A DNA stretch of 49,490 bases from Solirubrobacterales bacterium (GTDB lineage Bacteria; Actinomycetota; Thermoleophilia; Solirubrobacterales; 70-9), in the NCBI GenBank assembly GCA_049796515.1, contig JBAREU010000222.1:1-49490 (forward strand), read 5' to 3'. The notes below the pieces were generated by a model that was not told the origin of the DNA, ran no database searches, and was given only the letters and a program-made list of their open reading frames with translations. Each line of letters starts with the position of its first letter. Positions within the stretch are counted from its first letter, which is position 1. The translations under genes were made by a program, and so were the position numbers. This document shows, piece after piece, positions 18,380-25,840 of the stretch.

Positions 18380-18710
18380 CAGGATGCCTGTGTCCGCGCC
18401 TCGCGCACCGAATCATCGTAGGCGTCCGCAAGTCTCGCGACCGATCTCTGCCTTCGGGATCTGAGAAGCGCAACTACAAACACGCCACCGTCTGGATGCG
18501 CAGTCTCGACCAGGAGCATGGACTGATTCCCGAGCAGATCGCCCACCTTTTCGCCCTGCGAAAGCTGCGAGCGGCCGCTGAACGGGGTGAGATTGCCGCG
18601 CTGGCGAGCCCGGTCTTACTCTCAGGCCGTGTCCCACTCAACGACGCCGGCCTGGTCGGATAGGCCTCAAAGATGTGCAGGATCCAGCCGGGCAGGGCGC
18701 ATAGAGTTAG

Positions 18711-19844
18711 GTGTTCGCTATGACGTTGACCCTGATCGGCGCGGTGGCGCTCACCCTGGTGCTGGTCGCGGCGGTGCGGCTTCTCGTCACCGCCAAGAGC
18801 CCTGACGATAGTCGAGCTCAGTTCGGCCGACCGCTGCTGGTCGGGGCGATCGTCGGATTGACCTTCATGCCGGCTCAGGCGGCGATCCAAGCGGAGCTCC
18901 GCAGTCAGGACGAGGACCTGCAGGAGAGGGTCGCCGCAGACGCCGAGCGGCGCGATCTGCTCCTACAGCTGACCCTGCGCAGCGAGCTCCCGGGTATCGA
19001 CCTGCGCGGCGAGGATCTGTCCGGAGCCTACATGTACAGGAAGAACCTCTCCGGGGCCAACCTGCGGGGGGTCGACCTGCGCAACGCCAATCTCGCCTAC
19101 GTCGACCTCCGCAGTGCCGACCTCAGCCACGCCCGCTTCGCCGGCGCCAATCTCACCGGCGCGCGGTTCGAGGGAGCGACCCTGAAGAGGACCTCGTTCG
19201 TCGGCGCTGACCTGCGGCGGGCGAAGTTCAGCATGTACAGGTGGCCGGTCGACCCCAACATTGACCTGCTGCTGGAAGAGCCCCATATGGTGTTTCGGGC
19301 GGAGGCGGCCGCCGGTCCGCCGGCCGACTTCTCCAAGGCTGTGCTCCACTACGCCACCTTCGAGAAGGTGGATTTCAGCCACGCCCGCTTCGTCGGGGCC
19401 GACCTGACCCAGGCCAAGTTCACCGACGCCATCCTCCACGGCGCCGACTTCGACCGCACGAACCAAGCTCCCGACTTCCTGAGCCGGGTGGATCTCTGCC
19501 GCGCGTCGTTCCGCGGCGCGCACGTCGACTACGGCTATTACGACGAAGTCAGCCTCCGCAACGCTGACCTCGAAGGCGCCCGGATGGAAGGCAACTTCGA
19601 CGAGGTCGACTTCCGGGGCGCGAACACCGCGGGCCTCCAGACGACGCTTCCGGAGGAAGCACTGGACGGCTGGGCCGTGGTGCAGACCCGTGGCGCGGCG
19701 GAGCTGAGCCCGGCTCTCGCCGCCGCCCTGGGCGCCGTCTCCCGCCGCCCCGTTCCCGCGGACGAATGCCACATGGTCTTCTTCCGAAACCAGCTCCGCC
19801 CCCTGGCCTCCGAGCTTCCCGACCGAAGGTTCTTCGGTTCATGA
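18711..19844 (+). CDS. Membrane-anchored pentapeptide-repeat protein
   Basis: N-terminal TM LTLIGAVALTLVLVAAV, followed by many A(D/N)LxG-type pentapeptide units (ANLRGVDLRNANLAYVDLRSADLSHARFAGANLTGARFEGA...). Confidence 0.8.
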   Translation: MFAMTLTLIGAVALTLVLVAAVRLLVTAKSPDDSRAQFGRPLLVGAIVGLTFMPAQAAIQAELRSQDEDLQERVAADAERRDLLLQLTLRSELPGIDLRGEDLSGAYMYRKNLSGANLRGVDLRNANLAYVDLRSADLSHARFAGANLTGARFEGATLKRTSFVGADLRRAKFSMYRWPVDPNIDLLLEEPHMVFRAEAAAGPPADFSKAVLHYATFEKVDFSHARFVGADLTQAKFTDAILHGADFDRTNQAPDFLSRVDLCRASFRGAHVDYGYYDEVSLRNADLEGARMEGNFDEVDFRGANTAGLQTTLPEEALDGWAVVQTRGAAELSPALAAALGAVSRRPVPADECHMVFFRNQLRPLASELPDRRFFGS

Positions 19845-20158
19845 CGCCTGCGTAAGCAGGATTCCTCCAGCGGCTTCTGGAGGCGCCTTCAAGAATTGGT
19901 TCAAGGTGCCCCTGAGGGACCGCCAGCACACGGAGTGTTTCGGGAAGTGATCGAGGCTTGTTTTCGTGGGCCAGACCATCTCGTCACTCGCGGGGCAATG
20001 AAGCAGGCCGCTGCCGGCGAGCTTGCCGACTGCCCGCTGCACTGCGTCGAAGTCGGAGAAAAAGCGTGATTCACCCGGTTATTCCCTTAACCAGCTCGTC
20101 TAGGGGTCAACGTCACAGAATGATGCTCGAGGACACGCGAAGGACCGCCACCTGATCG

Positions 20159-20677
20159 CTAGCTGGTCGCCCAAGAGTTGTACGGGGTATTGAGCATCAT
20201 CGCGGCGTAGGGCTCGAAGACGTAGCTCTCGAAATCGTCTGCGATCGCCGCCACCCTGAACTCCATCGCGGTGACCCGCTTTTTCTGGCGGATGAACTCC
20301 TGCAGGAAGCGGCTGTCGTGTCCGAGCGCCAACCGGGTGGTCGGCAGGTCCTCCCAGCGGCCCTCGACGGCCTCGACCGCAAGCCGCCAAGCGAACGTCG
20401 CTTGGTTGTGGGCCGAGGAAGGGCGGGTGTGGCCGGCGAGCCTGGTGCGGAAATTCGAGTGGCCGGCTCCCTTCTTCGCCGCCCGCTCGGTGAGCCCGCA
20501 GCGGCCGACGTAGAGATGCCGACCCGCCTCGGTGAACAGGTAGACGCCGTGCTCGAGCGGCGGTGGCTCCCGGCCGGGGCCGCGGCCGAAGGCCTTGCAG
20601 GCAAGGAGCGCCTCGAGATGGCGCGGGAGCCCCGCCACGACCTCCTCCCACTCCGCTTGCCGCGACTTCTCCTTCAT
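20159..20677 (-). CDS. GIY-YIG-like nuclease domain protein
   Basis: GVYLFTEAGRHLYVGRCG (GIY...YVG) followed by FRTRLAGH. 172 aa. Confidence 0.45.
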   Translation of the reverse strand: MKEKSRQAEWEEVVAGLPRHLEALLACKAFGRGPGREPPPLEHGVYLFTEAGRHLYVGRCGLTERAAKKGAGHSNFRTRLAGHTRPSSAHNQATFAWRLAVEAVEGRWEDLPTTRLALGHDSRFLQEFIRQKKRVTAMEFRVAAIADDFESYVFEPYAAMMLNTPYNSWATS

Positions 20678-20762
20678 CGAAGTCGATGATCGCAGCCCCC
20701 CAACGCCCGATAACCCCGCCTTACGTAGACCAGGGGTCGCTACCGCAGCGCCTGCCGCGATG

Positions 20763-21260
20763 CTAGACGCCGAGCCCGGTCAGGTCTTGAAGCAACAACT
20801 CGCGCTCGAAGATCGCGCGTGAGAAGTGCTCCCAAGCCGATGGATCGGCGGCTGATTCTTCCAGCAGCCGCTGGATCTCGCCTTCAAGCAGGCGGCTTGC
20901 CTCCCGATCGTAGTCGTGATCTCGAGGGGGAGGCAGGGCATCGGGGCCGAGCGTGCCCAGCCTCGATTCGAGCATCATCGCGATCTGATCCGCGGTATCG
21001 AGCGTCTCAGTGCTGAGACCCTGTCCGGTCACCCTCACCCACGCGGTTCCGGGCGAAATGGGCCTAGCGCTGGCCGACACGAAGCCTGGCGCCTCGGTCG
21101 GCGGCCAGAGGAAGAGGAGCTCCCCGCCGCCGACCTCCGCTGGCCCATATGCGCTCGCGGTCAACTCAGCCGCGACCTCGGCGGCACAGGTAATCGCCGC
21201 ATGGACCTCGGTGCGCGCCATGAACGCGTTCATGCCAAACAGCGGACCAAGCGAACTCAC
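20763..21260 (-). CDS. Hypothetical protein
   Basis: 165-aa ORF co-directional with and 86 nt upstream of the GIY-YIG-like gene. No domain recognised. Confidence 0.45.
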   Translation of the reverse strand: MSSLGPLFGMNAFMARTEVHAAITCAAEVAAELTASAYGPAEVGGGELLFLWPPTEAPGFVSASARPISPGTAWVRVTGQGLSTETLDTADQIAMMLESRLGTLGPDALPPPRDHDYDREASRLLEGEIQRLLEESAADPSAWEHFSRAIFERELLLQDLTGLGV

Positions 21261-21385
21261 GCCTAGACCCTAGCCTCAGCTCGTCCGAGTGATCGCGATC
21301 GGCGGTCCGTCGTTTGATGGAAAGGAAGGCCACGATCGCGTCGCAACTCCTCGAGCAGCTGCGGAGCCCTCGCCGAGTGAGAACT

Positions 21386-21757
21386 CTACGCAGCGGCGAC
21401 GCGCTGGCGAGCCAGGGCCGTGCGCAGGGCGAGCGCCTCGATCGCGACCTCGGCGTTCTCGGGGGTGTCCTTGATCTCGCCGCTGCGCCAAGCGTCAACG
21501 AAGGGACCGGGGTCCCTGCCGTTTGCCCTGCGGAACGCCTTGACCCTCTCCTCCACAGGGCCGGCCTCGCGGTCTGAAGTGGGCTCGCGCTCCAAGTAGC
21601 GCTCCAGCTCGCTGGAGGGGATGCGCAGCGTCTTCTTGCCGATGCGGATGGCCTTGATCTCCCCCCGCTCGATCATCTTGTAGACAGTCGACTCGTCGAG
21701 GGAGAACTTCTGGGCGTAGTCCCGCACACGCATGTAGTGATCGGAGAGCTCAGTCAT
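21386..21757 (-). CDS. Excisionase-family (MerR-like HTH_17) DNA-binding protein
   Basis: YMRVRDYAQKFSLDESTVYKMIERGEIKAIRIGKKTLRIPSSELERYL. ATG 21757 is preceded by AAAGGA. It sits at the island end distal to the integrase. Confidence 0.7.
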   Translation of the reverse strand: MTELSDHYMRVRDYAQKFSLDESTVYKMIERGEIKAIRIGKKTLRIPSSELERYLEREPTSDREAGPVEERVKAFRRANGRDPGPFVDAWRSGEIKDTPENAEVAIEALALRTALARQRVAAA

Positions 21758-21887
21758 CGGTCGTCCTTTGGATGTAGCCATTGTTGCAGCTATATCGGCT
21801 GATTCCAAATAATCCTCTTGTTCCAGAAAATCGACTCAGCTGCCTCCAGGCGCGAGTATCCGAACGCGCCTGTAGAACCGACGCCCG

Positions 21888-22358
21888 ATGCGTGAGCGAC
21901 CGATCCTCATCGCCTACCGGCGCTTCGAGCAGCTCCAGGAGCTGCTCTTCGCCAACGGCTACCTGATCGACCCCGGTGGCCGGGACCCGAACGAGTGGCG
22001 CGACGATCCACCCCTGGGACTCGTGCGGCTGAAGGGTGTCGCTCTTCGGGGCGAGGGCGACGAGGCCGAGCCCGATCCCCGCCTCACCTTCAGCATCGCC
22101 GAGTTCTGGTCAGCCGGTCGGGTCGAGGACGCCTACGAGGAGCAAGGCTACTGGCTGGCCGGCTACTCCTATCACGGTCAGGTGGGAGGCGCATCGCTTC
22201 GCTACTGCTTCGACCCTCAGCGCCATCCGGAGATGCCCTACCACCGCCATCCCCCGGGCGGCAAGGCCCGCGAGCCCTGGCGACGTGTCAGTGTCGAGGA
22301 AGCGCTCGAAAGCATCGATGCCCTTGCAGCTGAACAGCGGAGCGCCGGGCAACTGTAA
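21888..22358 (+). CDS. Hypothetical protein, TumE/DUF6516-like (candidate toxin)
   Basis: The motif block GYSYHGQVGGASLRYCFDPQRHPEMPYHRHPPGG...VSVEEALESI resembles, from memory, the RYDN..PHH...HHKH core of DUF6516. Not verified. Confidence 0.4.
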   Translation: MRERPILIAYRRFEQLQELLFANGYLIDPGGRDPNEWRDDPPLGLVRLKGVALRGEGDEAEPDPRLTFSIAEFWSAGRVEDAYEEQGYWLAGYSYHGQVGGASLRYCFDPQRHPEMPYHRHPPGGKAREPWRRVSVEEALESIDALAAEQRSAGQL

Positions 22359-22737
22359 GCCGTCGTCGAACTCGTTTCAGATCCGTACCATCGAAGGCGT
22401 GACTACCGCCGGCACAGAAGAGGCGACCTACGTTCGCGATGTCGGGCGTCTGTCTGATGGCGACATCGCCGGCGCCACAGGCGCCCTGCCAAGCACGGTG
22501 CGGGAATGGATGAACGGCGACACGGCTCCCAGCGGAGCACAAGCCGACCGTCTGGCCGAGCTCTGCAGGGTCGTCGAGCGCCTTGGCCACGTCATCCGCC
22601 CGACCTACATCTCGGCGTGGCTCAACCGGCCCATGGACTTGCTCGATGACGACAAACCCATCGAACGCATCGCTACTGGTGACTACCGCGCGGTGGCTCG
22701 TCTGATCTCAGGCCTCGAGGATCCGGGCGCTGCCTGA
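22318..22737 (+). CDS. Xre-like HTH / DUF2384 (MbcA/ParS-type antitoxin C-terminal domain) protein
   Basis: The C-terminus WLNRPMDLLDDDKPIERIATGDYRAVARLISGLEDPG is the typical DUF2384 toxin-binding module. An HTH-like segment IAGATGALPSTVREWMNG is present. The start is uncertain (ATG 22318 or GTG 22399). Confidence 0.6.
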   Translation: MPLQLNSGAPGNCKPSSNSFQIRTIEGVTTAGTEEATYVRDVGRLSDGDIAGATGALPSTVREWMNGDTAPSGAQADRLAELCRVVERLGHVIRPTYISAWLNRPMDLLDDDKPIERIATGDYRAVARLISGLEDPGAA

Positions 22738-22743
22738 GCTGGC

Positions 22744-22814
22744 AAAAATCCGCGGACCGATTTGCGGACCTCCAAATCAGTAACTTACGTGACCTCAGAG
22801 CACCTCAGGTGACC
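22744..22814 (+). promoter_or_regulatory. att-arm segment with tandem (T/C)(T/C)GCGGACC motifs (candidate integrase/Xis arm-type sites), island 1 right arm
   Basis: CCGCGGACC at 22750 and TTGCGGACC at 22762. The segment is roughly 80 percent identical by eye to 33521-33590. TTGCGGACC also occurs at 9794 and 22952 upstream of both integrases. Confidence 0.45.
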
Positions 22815-22827
22815 TGAGAGAGTCGTA

Positions 22828-22903
22828 TTGAGGGCCTTGTGCCCCTAACGGGGCGTGGAGGTTCGACTCCTCTCAGCCGCATAAGAAGCTCCTGCAAAGA
22901 GGA
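22828..22903 (+). repeat. att core, copy 2 of the 76-bp direct repeat (3' tRNA-Leu half without a 5' half)
   Basis: Identical to 9669-9744. The upstream sequence does not form a tRNA 5' half. Confidence 0.9.
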
Positions 22904-23134
22904 GCACTTCGATCAAAACCACGAATTTCGGCACTGCTGCCCTGTGGTCCATTGCGGACCGTTTTGGCAGCAATGCCGCACACCTGGGCCGCACCACGAG
23001 AGTGCCCAGGCGTGAGCAATGCGTTTGCTCACGCAGGGGAAGACCGCCGGTTTTGTGCCCGAGGAGCGCGTCGATGCGGCTGTCCGGAGCCCGGAATCCA
23101 TCCCTCCGCCAGGGGGCATGTCTAAGGAGGAACA

Positions 23135-24439
23135 ATGGATGACAAAGCCAGTATGCGCCGCCCGCACGGGACCGGCACCCTTTATGTCCAAGCGAGAGCG
23201 AACGGCCGAGAGGTCTGGTACGGACGCTGGTATCTGGGCGGCCGGCGGGTCAACCGTCGCCTCGGTCCCAAGCTGCACCGCGGCGCTGGAAAGGGGCTGA
23301 ACCGCACCCAGGCCGAGGCCGAGCTACGTCGGCTAATGGTTCGCGAGCGCCCACCCGAGGCCGGCGCGAGCATCTCCTTTGCGAGCACCGCGGAATTGAT
23401 GCTCCGCGAACTCGAATCACTCGGGCGCAAGGCGACGACGCTCGACAACTACCGGGCGATCCTTCGCGCTCACCTGCTGCCTCGCTTCGGCGAGCTCATG
23501 GTCAACCGGGTTAGGAAAAGTGACGTCGAAAGCTTCATGACCAAGCTCACCGCGGCCGGCAAGGCAGAGAGGACGCGCTCGGGCATCTTCAAGCTCCTCT
23601 CACAGGTCTTTACCTTCGCCGAGCGCCAGGGTTGGTGCGAGCAGAATCCGTGTCGCTCCGTGCGGGGGCCCAGGGTGCGGGAATGCTCAGAGATCCGGTA
23701 CCTCAGCCAACCGGATTTCGAGGCGCTGATCGCCGCGGTCGACGTCTTCGAGGAACCCTTCGGATCGACTGACGGGGCGATCTTCCTGACCGCGGCGATG
23801 ACCGGGATGCGCCAGGGAGAGCTCCTCGCACTGCGCTGGCGGGACGTCGACTGGGAGGCGGAACGGATCCGCGTGCGCCGTAACTACACTCGCGGTCACT
23901 GGTCGACGCCGAAGTCGCGCAGCGGCGAACGCTCAACGCCTCTTGCGAGCCGAGTCGCGGACGAGCTGCGAGCCCATCAGCTGCGCTCCCGATTTTCGGG
24001 CGAGGACGACCTCGTCTTCGCCAATCCGCTGAGCGGCGAGGTGCTCCCCCACGGCCCGCTTGTACGGCGGTTCAGGAAGGCGCTGAAGGCCGCGGGCGTG
24101 CGCAGGGTCCGCTTCCATGACCTCCGCCACACCTTCGGCACGAGGATGGCCGCTTCTCCCGACGTGCCGATGCGCAAGGTCCAGGAGTGGATGGGGCACC
24201 GCGACTACCGGACGACGCTGCTTTATGCCGACTACGAACCTGGAGGCAGGGAGAGTGCCCTGGTGGACGCGGCCTTCGCGAGCAAGCCTCCGGCAGACCG
24301 GGGAGAGCGGATCCGAACTCGCATCAACCAGCGCCTGTTGCGCTTGCGGAAATCCTCCCTGCTCGGCGGGGTTAGTCGAAGCCAGCGACTCCGAGCCCGA
24401 CACGTTCGCCAGCCCGACCGAGGTCCCGATCCCAGGTGA
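23135..24439 (+). CDS. Tyrosine recombinase / phage-type integrase (island 2)
   Basis: ATG 23135 follows TAAGGAGG. It is collinear and, by eye, about four-fifths identical to the island 1 integrase (same RHR-Y motifs). The C-terminal tail overlaps the convergent vapC by 68 nt. Confidence 0.9.
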   Translation: MDDKASMRRPHGTGTLYVQARANGREVWYGRWYLGGRRVNRRLGPKLHRGAGKGLNRTQAEAELRRLMVRERPPEAGASISFASTAELMLRELESLGRKATTLDNYRAILRAHLLPRFGELMVNRVRKSDVESFMTKLTAAGKAERTRSGIFKLLSQVFTFAERQGWCEQNPCRSVRGPRVRECSEIRYLSQPDFEALIAAVDVFEEPFGSTDGAIFLTAAMTGMRQGELLALRWRDVDWEAERIRVRRNYTRGHWSTPKSRSGERSTPLASRVADELRAHQLRSRFSGEDDLVFANPLSGEVLPHGPLVRRFRKALKAAGVRRVRFHDLRHTFGTRMAASPDVPMRKVQEWMGHRDYRTTLLYADYEPGGRESALVDAAFASKPPADRGERIRTRINQRLLRLRKSSLLGGVSRSQRLRARHVRQPDRGPDPR

Positions 24440-24794
24440 CCAGGACGACTTCCGGGTCGCCGAGTTCGAGCGCGGTGGCGAGGTGGACCGCGTCATATCC
24501 ACGCAGTCCCATGCTTTCGGCGTGCTCGCCAGCGCGAGCTGCAAGTTCCTGGTCGACGCCGACCGTGACCAACTCCCCGTAAAGCTGCTCGAAGACCGCA
24601 AGTGCATCTCGGTGCTCGTCCTCCCCCAGCCGGTCCAGCCGTCGAGCGGCCGCGAGGGCAGCACGGCCCTCCGGATAGGCGAGGACGCTCGACACCGCGG
24701 GATAAGCGCTCCCCCAGAGCTCAGCCGCCAACTCAGAACCGTCCTCGACGACGACCAGCTTGACCAGCGCCGAGGTGTCGAAGTAGAAGATCAG
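24372..24794 (-). CDS. vapC: PIN-domain toxin VapC; apparent non-canonical CTG start
   Basis: The translation LIFYFDTSALVKLVVVEDGSELAAELWG...YDAVHLATAL has the PIN acidic residues. No ATG/GTG/TTG exists in frame between the upstream stop and the first PIN Asp. CTG overlaps the antitoxin stop (CTGA). Confidence 0.7.
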   Translation of the reverse strand: MIFYFDTSALVKLVVVEDGSELAAELWGSAYPAVSSVLAYPEGRAALAAARRLDRLGEDEHRDALAVFEQLYGELVTVGVDQELAARAGEHAESMGLRGYDAVHLATALELGDPEVVLVTWDRDLGRAGERVGLGVAGFD

Positions 24795-25069
24795 GCCCGC
24801 TGCTCGGAGACGAGGCCGGAGACCGATCCGGTGCCCTTCACCTGCGCCGATCGAGAAGGGCGCTTCCCCTGTGGCATCCGCACCAGGCCACGGCGCGCGA
24901 GAGCATCAAGCGGCCGCTCACCGAGCCCACTCAGGCGTGCCACGGGGCGTCCGCGGCGGGTGACGACGATCTCGCCTCCCCTCTCCACTCGCTCCAGGTA
25001 CTCGCTGAGGCGATCGTGGAGCTCACGGACTCCAACTTCGCTCTCGGGCTGATGTAGCGTCATACCCAC
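24791..25069 (-). CDS. Phd/YefM-family antitoxin
   Basis: VGVRELHDRLSEYLERVERGGEIVVTRRGRPVARL is a typical Phd/YefM N-terminal domain. It overlaps vapC by 4 nt. Confidence 0.75.
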   Translation of the reverse strand: MGMTLHQPESEVGVRELHDRLSEYLERVERGGEIVVTRRGRPVARLSGLGERPLDALARRGLVRMPQGKRPSRSAQVKGTGSVSGLVSEQRA

Positions 25070-25174
25070 AGGCTAGCAGCTACATACGCGGCGAACTAAA
25101 TCCGACCTAGGTCTTGCGGAGCACCTCGACGCAAGAAAGCTCCGCACCCTGCCCCGGCCCTCGAGAAATCGCTC

Positions 25175-25840
25175 TTACAGACGCGCTTCCATATCGTCCA
25201 GCACTGACCGCCACAGAGCCGGATACACGCCACCTTCCATTACCTCCGGCGGGAGGGGAGTCTCAAACTCGCGCGCCAAGCGCTGGGCCTCTCCCCCCGG
25301 CCTACCGATGGGATAGGCCGGGCGTCCCGGACACATCTCATTGAAGAGCTTGAACTCGTCGAGTATCCCCTCCATACCGCCGATGAACACCGCCGCTCCC
25401 GGTTTGGTTTCGCTGAGCATCTGACGCCGCATAATGTCAAGGCTTTGGCTCCATGATCCGGGCTCTGGATGCTCACCGGGGGCAGCTTCAGTCCAAGTTA
25501 CCGTGCCGATTCCATCCGCCTCAAAGCGTCGGGTCGCCGGCGGCAGGACATCCTCAAAGAGCTGCGACTGATAAACGGCGATCCGCTCTCCGTGCTCCGC
25601 TGGAAGCTCCGCGGCCACGTAGAGCAGCAGCGGAGCGATGGTCGGATGGGCGGCGCTGACTAGACCAACGCCAGCGGTAAGAAAGACCCGAGCGAGGGAG
25701 ACCACGGCGTCGGTGATCTCAAGAGGATCAGCCTCTCCATCCCATCTTTCCGGATTGGGAATGCTTGCCGACACGAAGATCGAGACACCCTCAAGGGATG
25801 GCCTCCCTCGGGCCTCGTTAAATATCAGGGACCCGTCCAC
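25175..25840 (-). CDS. Stand-alone SLOG/STALD-like (LOG-Smf/DprA-type Rossmann) protein; candidate nucleotide-signal sensor
   Basis: VSIFVSASIP (beta1), GVGLVSAAHPTIAPLL, and AVFIGGMEGILDEF (a GGxxGxxxE LOG-like motif). The start is GTG 25840 or TTG 25897, and either overlaps the upstream TIR gene. Confidence 0.5.
   Translation of the reverse strand: MDGSLIFNEARGRPSLEGVSIFVSASIPNPERWDGEADPLEITDAVVSLARVFLTAGVGLVSAAHPTIAPLLLYVAAELPAEHGERIAVYQSQLFEDVLPPATRRFEADGIGTVTWTEAAPGEHPEPGSWSQSLDIMRRQMLSETKPGAAVFIGGMEGILDEFKLFNEMCPGRPAYPIGRPGGEAQRLAREFETPLPPEVMEGGVYPALWRSVLDDMEARL

Larger units (their letters stand above)
9669..22903. mobile_element. Integrative genomic island 1 (about 13.2 kb) at tRNA-Leu(GAG)
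   Basis: Bounded by the 76-bp direct repeats. Integrase lies next to the tRNA-proximal repeat, an excisionase-like HTH lies near the distal end, and the cargo is defence/TA-type. Confidence 0.8.

Noticed and set aside
18496-18663. 55-codon + strand ORF (MRSLDQEHGLIPEQIAHLFALRKLRAAAERGEIAAL...) in the gap between the DUF3800 gene and the pentapeptide gene
   Set aside because: No Shine-Dalgarno and no recognisable family. Short open frames are expected by chance at this G+C content.
22744-22814. Interpretation of the ...CTGAGGTGCTCTGAG... segments (also 33521-33590) as terminal inverted repeats of an IS
   Set aside because: No transposase or second inverted end is associated with either copy. 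Their position next to att cores and the shared GCGGACC motifs upstream of both integrases fit recombinase arm sites better.
24372-24439. 68-nt overlap of the integrase 2 tail with the convergent vapC, as a sign of a fused or disrupted gene
   Set aside because: The integrase catalytic Tyr region (LLYADY) lies upstream of the overlap. The poorly conserved tail probably just reads through to the next stop.
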